Shown piece by piece: positions 38,104 through 48,166 of a stretch of 64,000 nt of DNA; position 1 is the first letter of the stretch; each line of letters starts with the position of its first letter. Below the pieces are notes generated by a model. That model had not been told where the DNA came from. It searched no databases and saw only the letters and a program-made list of their open reading frames with translations. Source of the DNA: Candidatus Fraserbacteria bacterium. Its GTDB lineage: Bacteria > Bipolaricaulota > Bipolaricaulia > RBG-16-55-9 > DRXL01. The stretch is from the NCBI GenBank assembly GCA_947085185.1, contig CAMTVK010000003.1, positions 32,001 through 96,000 of the forward strand, written 5' to 3'. Made by a program: the position numbers and the translations under genes.

Positions 38104-38703
38104 TCAAAACTTCGCGCCCTTGCGGGTCTTGATCACTTCGTCAATCAAGTGATAGTTCTTGGCGTCCTCGGGGCTCATGAAGAAGTCCCGGTCGGTGTCG
38201 CGCTCCACACGCTCGAGGGGCTGACCGGTGTGCATGGCCAGAATGCGATTGAGCTGATCGCGCGTCTTTAAGATCTCTTCGGCGTGAATCTTTATATCAG
38301 CAGCGGCTCCTTGCACCCCACCCCACGGCTGATGGATCATGATGCGCGCGTTGGGCAACGAGAGCCGCTTGCCCTTCGTCCCCGCAGCCAAGAGCAACGC
38401 GCCCATGGAGAACGCCGAGCCCACACAGATCGTGCGCACGTCGCTGCGCACATATTGCATCGTGTCATAGATCGCCAACCCCGCTGTTGTGCTGCCCCCA
38501 GGAGAGTTAATATAGAGATTGATGTCCTTCTCTGAATCTTTGGAGTCGAGAAAGAGCATCTGTGCCACCACCAAATTGGCCACATAATCGTTGATGACGC
38601 CCTGCAAGAAGATAATACGGTCTTCCAACAGCCGAGAGTAAATATCGTAGACACGCTCATATTGGCCGGTGCGATCAATGACGAACGGCACTTGGGCTTT
38701 CAT
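38104..38703 (-). CDS. clpP: ATP-dependent Clp protease proteolytic subunit
   Basis: [32 protein letters not shown]. Confidence 0.96.
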   Translation of the reverse strand: MKAQVPFVIDRTGQYERVYDIYSRLLEDRIIFLQGVINDYVANLVVAQMLFLDSKDSEKDINLYINSPGGSTTAGLAIYDTMQYVRSDVRTICVGSAFSMGALLLAAGTKGKRLSLPNARIMIHQPWGGVQGAAADIKIHAEEILKTRDQLNRILAMHTGQPLERVERDTDRDFFMSPEDAKNYHLIDEVIKTRKGAKF

Positions 38704-38755
38704 GGTGATTCACCTCTCCTTTGAGGTGTGTGGTTTGTCCGTGCTTTCCGTGATT

Positions 38756-39937
38756 CTAAATAATTTTCGCATTTTCATAGAGAAACTGCAAGGCCCGCTC
38801 GTCTTCGAGCTCGGAGCGGAAGCTCTGTAATCGCCCCTCGCGCTCCAGGAGCGCGCGGAGTTTTATGGGCTTCATCTCGCGCTTGCGTGCCTCTTCTTCT
38901 AAGAATTTTTCGAAATCTGCCTCGCTCAGCTTGAAGCCCTCCTGCTTTTTGATCGCTTCGAGGACGAGTTCACGCTTGACGCGCTGTGCGATCGCTTCTT
39001 TGAGCTTCTTCACCTCGTCTGCAGGAGGCTCCGGCATCCCCGAAGACTGAAGGCGCTCAAGCTCTTGGGCGACGAGCTCGTCAACGAAGCGTGTGGGCAG
39101 CTCCAGCGGCGTCTGCGCGACCAGAGCATCGAGAATCTTGAGCTTGAGCTCGCGCTCGCGGCGTCGCGCGCGACGCCCTTCTAATTCTTGGCGGATCTGT
39201 GCTCGGAGTGTTGCTATGTCTTCGTGTCCCAAAGTTTTGGCGAGCTCCGCGAGCTCGGGCTTCTCTAAGAGTTTGACGCCCTCGATGCGCACGATGAGAC
39301 GTGGCTGCTGGGCGCTTGTCGTCAGGGTGATGGTCTCACCGATCCTATGCCCGATGAGCTGCTCGGTGAGCTCGCCGGGGGAGGCCTGCCACTCCCGCAC
39401 TTGGTCCTCGCCGGAGATCCGCACCTCGACGATGTCCCCTGCCTCTACGGTGGAGCTCTGTGCGCCCGTCTTGGGGAGGAGCGTCGCGTGTTCACGTCGT
39501 ATCTGCTCGAGCACCGCGTCAATATCGCTCTCTTGGACAGGCTGGACAGGGATGTCCTCGACCTCGATCCCTCTATAGTTTTGTACGGTCACTTCGGGAA
39601 GGACCTCGATCTCGGCCTCGAACGTGAAGTCTTGGTGAGGGTCAAAGACTCCCGGCCTCGTCTGAGGAGCGCTGACGGGGCGAACCTGTAATTGCTGGAG
39701 CGCCTGAGGGAGATACTCTTCGATGAGCTCTGTTTGGGCGTCTTCGTTGAGGAAATCTTTGCCGAAGCGGGCCTCCAGCACAGCGCGCGGGACGTGCCCC
39801 GGGCGAAAGCCGGGGAGCTGAATCTCCCGACTGGCCCGACGAAAGAGCTCGTCGAGCTTCTCTCTGACGGTCTCGGCAGGGATCTCCACGCGCACCGTGA
39901 CTTGGGTGGGGCTCTTGAACTCTTTGGTGGCTTTCAC
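38756..39937 (-). CDS. tig: Trigger factor
   Basis: LPGFRPGHVP ribosome-binding motif; upstream of clpP. Confidence 0.9.
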   Translation of the reverse strand: MKATKEFKSPTQVTVRVEIPAETVREKLDELFRRASREIQLPGFRPGHVPRAVLEARFGKDFLNEDAQTELIEEYLPQALQQLQVRPVSAPQTRPGVFDPHQDFTFEAEIEVLPEVTVQNYRGIEVEDIPVQPVQESDIDAVLEQIRREHATLLPKTGAQSSTVEAGDIVEVRISGEDQVREWQASPGELTEQLIGHRIGETITLTTSAQQPRLIVRIEGVKLLEKPELAELAKTLGHEDIATLRAQIRQELEGRRARRRERELKLKILDALVAQTPLELPTRFVDELVAQELERLQSSGMPEPPADEVKKLKEAIAQRVKRELVLEAIKKQEGFKLSEADFEKFLEEEARKREMKPIKLRALLEREGRLQSFRSELEDERALQFLYENAKII

Positions 39938-40851
39938 GGCTGAGCGCTCCTCTCCTGAATGAGTTTTGTCAACAGCATATTGAGGGGTGTTGGGATGTGT
40001 AATCTTCGTCCCTCACGGACGACAGCTCCATTAATATACTCGATCTCTGTAGGTCGGCCGCGGCGCACATCTTGCAGCATGCTCGAGATATTCTGAGCCG
40101 TCTTGCACGCGACCGTCTCAACTCGTTCTATGGCTTCAGCTTCGCTGAGCGTCACCCCATGAGCGCGAGCCACCTGGAGCGCTTCACGGGCTACTGCCCC
40201 GGCGATCTCTCGGAGCTGTGGGTCATGGACGATGCTCCCGTTGGGCTGATCAAAGAGCGCCGTCAGCGGGTTGATCGCGCAGTTAATAATAAGCTTTTCC
40301 CAGAGAAGGCGCTCGATCTCTTCAGTATATTCTGGTTCGATCTGAGCTGTGCGCAAGAGCGCGATGATCTCTTCTATCTCTGGGGTGAGCGGGCCCTCCC
40401 AGCGGCCAAGTCTTGTGGGGCCGACGCCGGCCCAGCGCACCCGCCCGGGACCAAGCAGCGTCGCCCCTTGGGCTGTCACCCCGCGCAGGAATCTCTCTTT
40501 GGGAACGAATCGTAAGATTTCGTTCTCCATGCCGACCCCGTTCTGCAAGCTGAGCACCCATGACCGCGAAGATAATCTGGGAGCGATCTGCTCCATAGCC
40601 CGTAAAGTCTGATGGGCCTTCACGAAGATCCCCACAAGATCGGCGTCAGCGAGGGCTTCCGGGGTTGTCATAGCGTCTACCAAGACCCGAACAGGAGCGC
40701 CGTCGCGCTCGATGATCAACCCGGCGCTCGTGATCGCTCGTATATGCTCGACATTCGAAGGGTTATACAGCGAGACCGACGCTCCGGCCCGCGCCAGTAA
40801 GCCCCCAACGAGACTTCCCAAGGCTCCCGCGCCCACAATGCAGATCTTCAT
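39934..40851 (-). CDS. panE: 2-dehydropantoate 2-reductase
   Basis: GAGALG, SLQNG, WEKLIINCAINP, SSMLQD, TEIEYING. Confidence 0.93.
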   Translation of the reverse strand: MKICIVGAGALGSLVGGLLARAGASVSLYNPSNVEHIRAITSAGLIIERDGAPVRVLVDAMTTPEALADADLVGIFVKAHQTLRAMEQIAPRLSSRSWVLSLQNGVGMENEILRFVPKERFLRGVTAQGATLLGPGRVRWAGVGPTRLGRWEGPLTPEIEEIIALLRTAQIEPEYTEEIERLLWEKLIINCAINPLTALFDQPNGSIVHDPQLREIAGAVAREALQVARAHGVTLSEAEAIERVETVACKTAQNISSMLQDVRRGRPTEIEYINGAVVREGRRLHIPTPLNMLLTKLIQERSAQP

Positions 40852-41687
40852 TGGAGTTTTTTGAGGATCTCTTCGCTGATCGTGAAGCTGTGCTCTGCGA
40901 CCGTCGGAAATTTTCCGGATTTGACGTCGCTCAGGAAATTTTTCGCAGCGCCTTCGATCTGCTCCGCCACGTTCGTATAGCGCTTAGAAAACTTGGGCGA
41001 GATGCCCAACGACAGCCCAATGACATCGGTCACGACGAGCACTTGGCCGTCGCAATAGGGCCCGGCACCGATCCCGATCGTTGGGATTGTGACACGCTCT
41101 GTGATGAGCTTGGCCAGCGCCCACGGGACGGCTTCCAGCACGAGCGAGAAGACTCCAGCTTCTTCTAAGATTTTCGCGTCGTTCAAGAGTTTTTGCGCGG
41201 TCTCTGCGTCGCGCCCTTGGACTTTGAGTCCCCCAAGCTGAGCCACGCGCTGCGGCGTCAGCCCAATATGGCCCATGACGGGGATGCCGCGCCGCACTAA
41301 GAGACTGATCATATCGGCCATCTCCGCGCCGCCCTCAAGCTTGACGGCTTCGGCTCCACCTTCTTTGAGAAAGCGCCCGGCGTTGCTTAAAGCCTGTTCA
41401 GCTGATATTTGATACGACAGAAAGGGCATATCCCCCACAAGCAGGGCGCGCTTGACCCCGCGACGCACCGCTTTGGTGTGATGGATCATCTCGTCCATAG
41501 TGACGGGGATCGTGTCGGGGTAGCCCAAGATATTATTGCCCACGGAATCGCCCACTAAGAGCACGTCAATTCCGGCGCGATCGAGCAGCAGAGCTGTGGG
41601 CCAATCGTAGGCCGTGAGCATGGCGATCTTCTCGCCGGACTCTTTCATGGCGCGCAGCTTGGGGATCGTGACTCGCTCGTTCATCAA
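40848..41687 (-). CDS. panB: 3-methyl-2-oxobutanoate hydroxymethyltransferase
   Basis: MLTAYD, LVGDS, DMPF, VKLEGG, GHIGLTPQ, GIGAG..CDGQVLV. Confidence 0.96.
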   Translation of the reverse strand: MMNERVTIPKLRAMKESGEKIAMLTAYDWPTALLLDRAGIDVLLVGDSVGNNILGYPDTIPVTMDEMIHHTKAVRRGVKRALLVGDMPFLSYQISAEQALSNAGRFLKEGGAEAVKLEGGAEMADMISLLVRRGIPVMGHIGLTPQRVAQLGGLKVQGRDAETAQKLLNDAKILEEAGVFSLVLEAVPWALAKLITERVTIPTIGIGAGPYCDGQVLVVTDVIGLSLGISPKFSKRYTNVAEQIEGAAKNFLSDVKSGKFPTVAEHSFTISEEILKKLQ

Positions 41688-41808
41688 TGGATCGTACTGA
41701 TCATAGCAAGTGCTGTAGAGGGCGTCAACCCGCTTGCACGGGGGAGCCTCGACGTGATAGAATCTCTTTTTGGTAATGGAGTCCGTCCCCTAGGGACGAG
41801 GCGGCTCT

Positions 41809-42261
41809 ATGCACAAGGACTTAGACCGGCGTATTGTCGAGTATCTGCAGAGAGATGGGCGAGCGAGCCTGAGGGAGCTCGCGCGGCAGCTGCGGGTCTC
41901 CTCCGCGACGGTAGGGCATCGGCTGCGCGAGCTTGAGCGACAGGGGGTCATTCGCGGCTACAAGGCGCTAGTAGACTATGCCAAGCTCGGATACCCCATC
42001 ACGACGGTGACGCTCATCAAAGCTCGAGGAAACCAAATCCCTGAGATCGTGGCAGAGCTCCAAAAGAACGATGAGCACCTCACCCATGTCTACGAGATCA
42101 CCGGGGAGTTCGATATTCTCGTGATCGGGAAGTTCCGTGACCAAGAGAGCATGAACGCTGAGATCAAGAGGCTCTTGAGTCACCCGGCCATCGAGCGGAC
42201 GAATACGAGCATTGTGCTGGCTGTGGCCAAGGAGGAAGCGGCTGTGGGGGCGCGCTGCTGA
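41809..42261 (+). CDS. Lrp/AsnC family transcriptional regulator
   Basis: LDRRI..LQRDGRAS..ELA HTH; ITGEFD. Confidence 0.9.
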   Translation: MHKDLDRRIVEYLQRDGRASLRELARQLRVSSATVGHRLRELERQGVIRGYKALVDYAKLGYPITTVTLIKARGNQIPEIVAELQKNDEHLTHVYEITGEFDILVIGKFRDQESMNAEIKRLLSHPAIERTNTSIVLAVAKEEAAVGARC

Positions 42262-42361
42262 GCGCTCTAAGAGAATTGACGGACCGAGGGCGACTCGCTT
42301 ATAATGGGAGCATCCTCAAGCAGAGATGAATAGCACATCATACACAGGGTGGTGAGAGGGA

Positions 42362-43036
42362 ATGGTTGAACTGAAGGATTTCAAGATTTTCTCCGATCTT
42401 GGCCCTAAGGACCTCAGCGAACTAGAGGGCAAGGTCCGCAAGATCAAGTACGGTCGAGGCGAGATCATCTTTCAAGAGGGCGCGCCGGCGTTCGGATTCT
42501 ATCTGATCTTCGAAGGGCAAGTGAAGCTGGTCAAGCGCACCCTGGGGGGCAAGAAACAGATTCTCAAATTAGTTGGCCCCGGCGAGATCGTGGGCGAGAC
42601 GACGCTCTTTGACAAGGGCGTGCACATCGCGTATGCCAAGACGCTCAATAAAGCGCTCGTCGGCTTCATCGAGCGTGGGGACTTTTTTGACTTTCTCACG
42701 CGCCACCCGCCTGTGACGTTTCGGCTCTTTGAGAAGCTCAGCGAGGAGCTGAAAGCATTTCAGTGCAAGCTTGCCGAGCGCAGCTACAACGGGAGTAAGG
42801 AGCGGCTGGCCCGGATTATCTTGAAGCTTGGGGAGAGCGGGATTGAGCTGTCGCGCACAGAGCTGGCCGAGATGGCCGGAGTCAGCTCCAAGACGGCGAT
42901 CCGCACCCTGGGGGAGCTGGAAGAACGCGGCGTGATCGCCGTGGATGACAGAAAAGTGACGGTGCTCGACCAGAAATCGCTTGAGGCTATGGCCGAGCCC
43001 TTCCCCTTCCGCCTGAGCGATAATCTGATTATTTAG
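42362..43036 (+). CDS. Crp/Fnr family transcriptional regulator
   Basis: IFQEG..FYLIFEGQVKL, GPGEIVGE; C-terminal HTH LSRTELAEMAGVS.KTAIR. Confidence 0.9.
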   Translation: MVELKDFKIFSDLGPKDLSELEGKVRKIKYGRGEIIFQEGAPAFGFYLIFEGQVKLVKRTLGGKKQILKLVGPGEIVGETTLFDKGVHIAYAKTLNKALVGFIERGDFFDFLTRHPPVTFRLFEKLSEELKAFQCKLAERSYNGSKERLARIILKLGESGIELSRTELAEMAGVSSKTAIRTLGELEERGVIAVDDRKVTVLDQKSLEAMAEPFPFRLSDNLII

Positions 43037-43156
43037 CGGGTCAACCTTCGCTTGGGGAAGGGACAGGTGTCCTTTCGCGTGCGCCTCATGGGAAGTAGAC
43101 TCACCGGTAGCCTAAAACGCTGGACTTTGGGCGCGGGGTATCAGGCCCCACAGACC

Positions 43157-44965
43157 ATGAGAGGGTTCATACGTCTAGTGGTGATCGTCGCTTTGTATGC
43201 TGCGATCGTCTTTTTCTTGTTGGGGCTTGGCGAATATGTGGGGATTGCTGAGGTGCTGACGGTCGTGATCCTGGGAGTGCCAGTGTTTCTGAGCAGCTGG
43301 TCCTTTGGGCTTATCGGAGGGGCGATCAGCGGTGTAGCAAGCCTGATCTTCTCTTTCCCGTTTGTCTCTGCTAGGGAGATATTGCCCGTGGCGGGGCTGT
43401 GTTATCTGGCCGTGGGAGGGGGGATGGAGCTGTGGCACCGGCTCAAAAACCCTGCTCCCCATAAAAAGAGATCGGAGGGGCTTCAGTTCTTCAAGCGTTC
43501 TTTGAATTTCACGCACATCATTGATAGTGAGGGGCAAGTGTGGGAGAGCAACGATCGTGCGGGGGAGGCCTTTGGCTCTCCTCGGAGGGTTTGGGAGTTT
43601 ATTCACCCTGATGATCAGGTGCGCTTTCGCGAGGAGCTGGCCCGCGCGGCCCTGCGTGGCGAGGCCGGCCCAACAAAACTGCGCACCATCTCACAACGCA
43701 AAGAAGTGATCCCCGTCGAGATGAAGCTTGTGCGGTTGGACCAGACGCGTCATGCTCGATTGGTGCTGGAGATGCGCGATCTCTCGGCGCTTGCCGAGCT
43801 TGAGAACAAAGTGCGCGAAGCCCAAGCGCGCTATCGCTACTTGATCGAAGACGCGATCGACACGCTCGACACGGGGATTCTGCTCCTAGACAAAGACCAG
43901 CGGGTCATCTGGGCCAATTGCACTCTGGAGAAATTCTTCGATCTCGACCGGGATGAGATGGTCGGTCGGGAGGTGCGACGAGCCTTGCTGGGAGCAAAGC
44001 GAGCTTTGGCGCACCCCGAAGATTTCGAGCGAGTCGTCAATGGCACGGCTGAACCGTTTCTCTTTACGGTGCACACCCACGGGAGTGAACGCATCTTAGA
44101 ATATCGCAGTATCCCTGTAGCAACCGAGCGCTATAAGGGCGGACGGATTGACCACTTCATTGACGTCACGGAGAAGAAGCGCCTGGAACAAAGCCTCCAA
44201 GAGAAGACCAGACGTCTTGAAGAGAAGAACCGTCAGCTTGAGGAGTTCACCAGTGTTGTCTCTCATGACTTGAAAGAGCCCCTCAGAACGATGGCCGCCT
44301 TCAGTCAATACTTGCTCGAGGACTACGCAGAGAAGCTCGACGACGACGCCCGGGATTATCTCAACCGTATCCATCGCTCGAGTCTGCGGATGCGCCATCT
44401 CATCGACGATCTCTTAAGGCTGAGCAGCATCGGGATGCGCCAGGAGACCTTAGAAAAAGTCTATCTCAGTGAAGTCTTTGAGCAGATCAAAGAAGATATG
44501 AAGGCGCGCTTGGAGAACGTCTCGCTGCAATTGCCCCAGACGATGCCCATTATCATTGCGAATCGGACGCGGATGGTCGAGCTCTTTGGGAATCTGGTCT
44601 CCAACGCTATAAAATATAACGACAAACCCCACAAGCGCGTCGAGGTCGGATGGTCGCATCACGGGGAGTTTTATAAGTTCTATGTGCGCGACAACGGGAT
44701 TGGCATTGAGGAGCCGTATTTAGAGAAGGTCTTTGAGCTCTTTGAGCGGCTCAACCCGCGCGGGGACGACTACGAGAGCACCGGGGCGGGCTTGGCTATC
44801 TGTAAGAGGATCGTGGAAGAATATGGTGGGCGGATCTGGGTGGAATCGAAGGTCGGCGAGGGGAGCACGTTCTATTTCACGCTGCCCAACCCGCGCTTCT
44901 CCCAGAAGCTCAGCAGCACCGGCGCCCTAAGAAATACTGAAGAGCCGGCACTGGTCAAGCATTGA
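43157..44965 (+). CDS. Membrane PAS-domain sensor histidine kinase
   Basis: N-terminal TMs; PAS motifs (IHPDD); H-box SHDLKEPL; NLVSNAIKY, DNGIGI, GAGLAIC, GEGSTF. Confidence 0.9.
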   Translation: MRGFIRLVVIVALYAAIVFFLLGLGEYVGIAEVLTVVILGVPVFLSSWSFGLIGGAISGVASLIFSFPFVSAREILPVAGLCYLAVGGGMELWHRLKNPAPHKKRSEGLQFFKRSLNFTHIIDSEGQVWESNDRAGEAFGSPRRVWEFIHPDDQVRFREELARAALRGEAGPTKLRTISQRKEVIPVEMKLVRLDQTRHARLVLEMRDLSALAELENKVREAQARYRYLIEDAIDTLDTGILLLDKDQRVIWANCTLEKFFDLDRDEMVGREVRRALLGAKRALAHPEDFERVVNGTAEPFLFTVHTHGSERILEYRSIPVATERYKGGRIDHFIDVTEKKRLEQSLQEKTRRLEEKNRQLEEFTSVVSHDLKEPLRTMAAFSQYLLEDYAEKLDDDARDYLNRIHRSSLRMRHLIDDLLRLSSIGMRQETLEKVYLSEVFEQIKEDMKARLENVSLQLPQTMPIIIANRTRMVELFGNLVSNAIKYNDKPHKRVEVGWSHHGEFYKFYVRDNGIGIEEPYLEKVFELFERLNPRGDDYESTGAGLAICKRIVEEYGGRIWVESKVGEGSTFYFTLPNPRFSQKLSSTGALRNTEEPALVKH

Positions 44966-44983
44966 AGCACCCTGAGGTGAGCT

Positions 44984-45415
44984 ATGCGCAACAGAAAACT
45001 CAAGATACTCTTAGTTGAGGACAACCCCGATGACGTGAAGATCGCGGAGCGATCGCTGAAGAAGGGCAATGTCCAGAGCGATCTCTATGTCGTGCAAGAC
45101 GGGCAGGAAGCGCTGGACTTTCTGCGCCGCCGGGGGAAGTTCGCCGACGCTCCCCGGCCCGATCTCATCTTTCTCGATCTCAACCTCCCCAAGATCGGCG
45201 GCCATAAGGTCTTGGAGGAAATCCGCAAGGATCCACAACTCAAGCGCATCCCCGTCATCGTTCTGACGGTCTCCAAGCGTGAAGAAGACATCGTCAAAGC
45301 CTATGACTCTGGGGCAAGCGGCTATATCCCCAAGCCACCCAGCACCACCGAGTTTATTAAAGTTATTAATACTGTGCTCGACTACTGGGAGGTCTCGGAG
45401 CTGCCGCCGGCCTAA
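44984..45415 (+). CDS. Single-domain response regulator (Rcp1-like)
   Basis: LLVEDNPDD, PDLIFLDLNLP, GYIPKP. Confidence 0.92.
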   Translation: MRNRKLKILLVEDNPDDVKIAERSLKKGNVQSDLYVVQDGQEALDFLRRRGKFADAPRPDLIFLDLNLPKIGGHKVLEEIRKDPQLKRIPVIVLTVSKREEDIVKAYDSGASGYIPKPPSTTEFIKVINTVLDYWEVSELPPA

Positions 45416-45648
45416 GACTTTCACGGGATTTTCACGTGGAGGTCATCTCTTTTTGACGTTGGGGATGCTACACTTTTTCAGAGAAACCTGTCCGGTGGTC
45501 GTAGGGACACCAGACACTCGTATATCTGACGAACTCTCTTGCGGGGGTAGACAGGGGTCCTTTCGCTCCTGCGGGAGAGGGGGTACAGTAGAGAGCGATG
45601 ATCGCTCACAGGGAGAACCGACAGAGAAGAGTCCGAGGCATGGTGCCA

Positions 45649-45746
45649 GCCAAGGGAGCGGGTTTACGGCCCGACGGACCAGGGTTTTGCCGCGTCGCTC
45701 CTGCCAACCTCCTTCGGCGCGGATTTTTCCCCAGTCTGGACTTGGC
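45649..45746 (+). ncRNA. Candidate structured RNA motif, copy 2
   Basis: P1 GCCAAG/CUUGGC; P2 CGGGU/GCCCG; P3 CGGAC/GUCUG; identical CCAGGGUUUUGCC (45679-45691) and GGAUUUUUCCCCAG (45721-45734) core. Confidence 0.6.
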
Positions 45747-45908
45747 CGGGGTTCGAGTCCCCACGGGCGAGGGAAACCTAGGTTCTTCCTGCGGTCGTAG
45801 GGGCACCCTCCTCCGGGTCGCTCCTATGGCCGGTGGTTGCTAACCTCATTCCCCGGGAAGGCGGGATCAACCCCTCCCGCCTTCCCTCCCTGCCTCTCCT
45901 AGCTTCGA

Positions 45909-45937
45909 TTGCCACGCGCGCTGCCGTGTTATATAAT
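45909..45937 (+). promoter_or_regulatory. Sigma70 promoter for the ykuK-like/tsaE genes
   Basis: TTGCCA-17 nt-TATAAT. Confidence 0.7.
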
Positions 45938-45963
45938 TACACGGTGGAGGTCCAAACGAAGCT

Positions 45964-46446
45964 ATGTTCAAGACAGCGCGGTTCTACAGCCCCACACTGG
46001 GGAAGCTCACCTTCGAGCAGGTTGTGGACGAGATCGTGCGCATCATGGAAGAGGACCCGCACACGCGCTATGAGATCGTCGTGGGCAGCGATTCCCACTC
46101 GAGCCCCGGCGAGATGGACTTCGTCAGCGCGGTCATCGTGCATCGGGTGGGCAAGGGCGGACGGTACTTCTGGAAGCGCATCCGCGAGAGGAATATCTAT
46201 ACGCTCCGCCAGAAGATCTATCGTGAAGCGCTGCTCAGCTTCGAGCTCGCCAAAGACCTGATGGAGGAGCTGGAGCGGCGCACCATGCTCGATTATAACT
46301 TAGAGATTCACGTGGATGTTGGGCGCAACGGGCGCACGAGAGAGCTCATTGACGAAGTCGTGGGGATGATCATAGCCAGCGGCTTCCCCGTCAAGACCAA
46401 GCCCGATTCTTACGCGGCGTCCTGTGTGGCTGACAAGCATGCGTAA
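45964..46446 (+). CDS. RNase H-like YkuK (DUF458) family protein
   Basis: IVVGSDS, HRVGKGGRYF, LRQKIYREA..S, EIHVDVG.NG.T, KPDSYAAS..AD. Confidence 0.85.
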   Translation: MFKTARFYSPTLGKLTFEQVVDEIVRIMEEDPHTRYEIVVGSDSHSSPGEMDFVSAVIVHRVGKGGRYFWKRIRERNIYTLRQKIYREALLSFELAKDLMEELERRTMLDYNLEIHVDVGRNGRTRELIDEVVGMIIASGFPVKTKPDSYAASCVADKHA

Positions 46447-46907
46447 TGCCTGACCTCACCCCCAACCCCTCTCCGACGGGGGATTTTATCTCCGCAAGTC
46501 CCGAAGAGACGCGCTGCCTTGCGGCGCAGCTCGCATCGGAGCTTGCCCCAGGCGATTGTCTCTTGCTCATTGGGGAGCTTGGGGTCGGCAAGACGACGTT
46601 TGTGCAGGGGCTGGCCCAAGGGCTAGGGATCAGGGAAACAGTCCGTTCGCCCACGTTCATCCTGATGCGCGAGTACAGGGGAAAGTTCCCGCTCTATCAC
46701 TTCGACGCGTACAGAATAAAAAATCTTGACGAGCTGCGCGAGATCGGCTTTGAAGATACCGTGCGCTCCCAGGGGATTACGGCCATCGAATGGGGCGAGA
46801 AAACTGAGGGCTTGCTGCCCCAGAGGTGCTGGCGTATTTTGATAGAGCTCTTGCCCGATCAGAGGCGGCGCATCTGTGTAGAGCGCCCTCAAGAGCCCAG
46901 CACATAG
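46446..46907 (+). CDS. tsaE: tRNA threonylcarbamoyladenosine biosynthesis ATPase
   Basis: GELGVGKTTF, SPTF, HFDAYR, IEW. Confidence 0.93.
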   Translation: MPDLTPNPSPTGDFISASPEETRCLAAQLASELAPGDCLLLIGELGVGKTTFVQGLAQGLGIRETVRSPTFILMREYRGKFPLYHFDAYRIKNLDELREIGFEDTVRSQGITAIEWGEKTEGLLPQRCWRILIELLPDQRRRICVERPQEPST

Positions 46908-48166
46908 AGCCCGCTGTTGTTGTTCCCAATGATGATCTCCAAAAAGCCGTCGCTATCGAGATCTGCAAGGGTTGGCGAAGAGAAGAACTGCGCGGCGGCC
47001 CTGGGGCGATAGGCCCACTTGCGCGCGCCGCTGCGCCCGTCAAGACAATAGAGATTCCCATCATGCGAGCCGACCAAGACTTCGAGCTTGCCGTCGCTGT
47101 CAATATCCGCAAGAGCTGGGGAAGACTCGACGAGATCATTCGTAGAGAAGCTCCATCTCAGGCGACCGTCACTGCCGGAGAGCGCAAGGACTCTCTGATC
47201 GTTGATCCCAATAGCGATCTCGATCTTGCCGTCGCCGTCGAGATCGCCGATCGCTGGTGACGACGGGATGCGCTCTTTATGGGCTTCAAAGAACCATCGT
47301 CTTTGGCCGGTGCGCCCGTCGACACAGAAGACGCCGCGCTTGCTGGAGCCCACGACAGCTTCGAGTTGTCCGTCGCCGTCGAGATCGCTGAGCGCTGGCG
47401 ATGATTCGACCGGGCCACCAGTGTCAAAAGCCCATTTTGCTGTGCCCGTCCGCCCGTCGAGCGCGTAGAGCTTTCCGTCTAAAGAACCGATAACGATCTC
47501 TATTCTGCCATCGCCGTCTATATCCGCGACGGCGGGCGAAGAACGAGCAGGGAAGTCGGGGAGAAATTTCCATTTCACGGAACCGGTGCGGCCATCGAAC
47601 GCGTAGACGCGCTCTGAGCCGACGATCACTTCAGATTTTCCGTCGCCGTCGATGTCAGAGATTGCTGGGGAGGAGAGAATGCCGTCTTCCGTGAGAAAAG
47701 TCCATTTGGGGCGGCCGGTTCGCCCGTCTAAGAGAGCGAAGCTCTTGTCTTGGGAGCCGATGGCCACTTCGAGCCGCCCGTCGCCGTCGGCGTCGGCGAT
47801 CGCCGGGGAAGAATAGACCCAACTTTTCGTCCCGTAGCGCCATTTGAGAGCCCCGCTGCGCCCATGATACGCGTAGAGATTGCCATCGTAAGAGCCGACG
47901 ACGACTTCCAAGATGCCGTCGCCATCTACATCGCCGACGGCCGCAGACGATTCGACGAGCCCGCGCGTGAAGGCACTCCAGCGCTCTTTGGGAGCTGTGA
48001 TCTTACTTGTCTTTGTCGCGCGCCCGGTGTGCAGAAGATCGCGGCGGAACATGGGCCAGTCGCTCACGGGAGCCTGCGCTCTTGTGCTCGTTTCTTGAGG
48101 AAGCATCGGCGCTGTAAGCACGAGCGTGCAGCTGATCTTCAGAAAATCGCGGCGCGACAGCGTCAT
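46889..48166 (-). CDS. Tat-exported PQQ-like/FG-GAP beta-propeller protein
   Basis: SRRDFLK signal; about 8 repeats of SSPAxxDxDGDGxxEVVVGS...LDGRTG..KW. Confidence 0.85.
   Translation of the reverse strand: MTLSRRDFLKISCTLVLTAPMLPQETSTRAQAPVSDWPMFRRDLLHTGRATKTSKITAPKERWSAFTRGLVESSAAVGDVDGDGILEVVVGSYDGNLYAYHGRSGALKWRYGTKSWVYSSPAIADADGDGRLEVAIGSQDKSFALLDGRTGRPKWTFLTEDGILSSPAISDIDGDGKSEVIVGSERVYAFDGRTGSVKWKFLPDFPARSSPAVADIDGDGRIEIVIGSLDGKLYALDGRTGTAKWAFDTGGPVESSPALSDLDGDGQLEAVVGSSKRGVFCVDGRTGQRRWFFEAHKERIPSSPAIGDLDGDGKIEIAIGINDQRVLALSGSDGRLRWSFSTNDLVESSPALADIDSDGKLEVLVGSHDGNLYCLDGRSGARKWAYRPRAAAQFFSSPTLADLDSDGFLEIIIGNNNSGLYVLGS

Noticed and set aside
45695..45771. tRNA-like cloverleaf suggested by GGTTCGAGTCC
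   Set aside because: No D-loop GG, mismatched T and acceptor stems, non-canonical anticodon loop and no CCA; the bases are better explained by the shared RNA motif.
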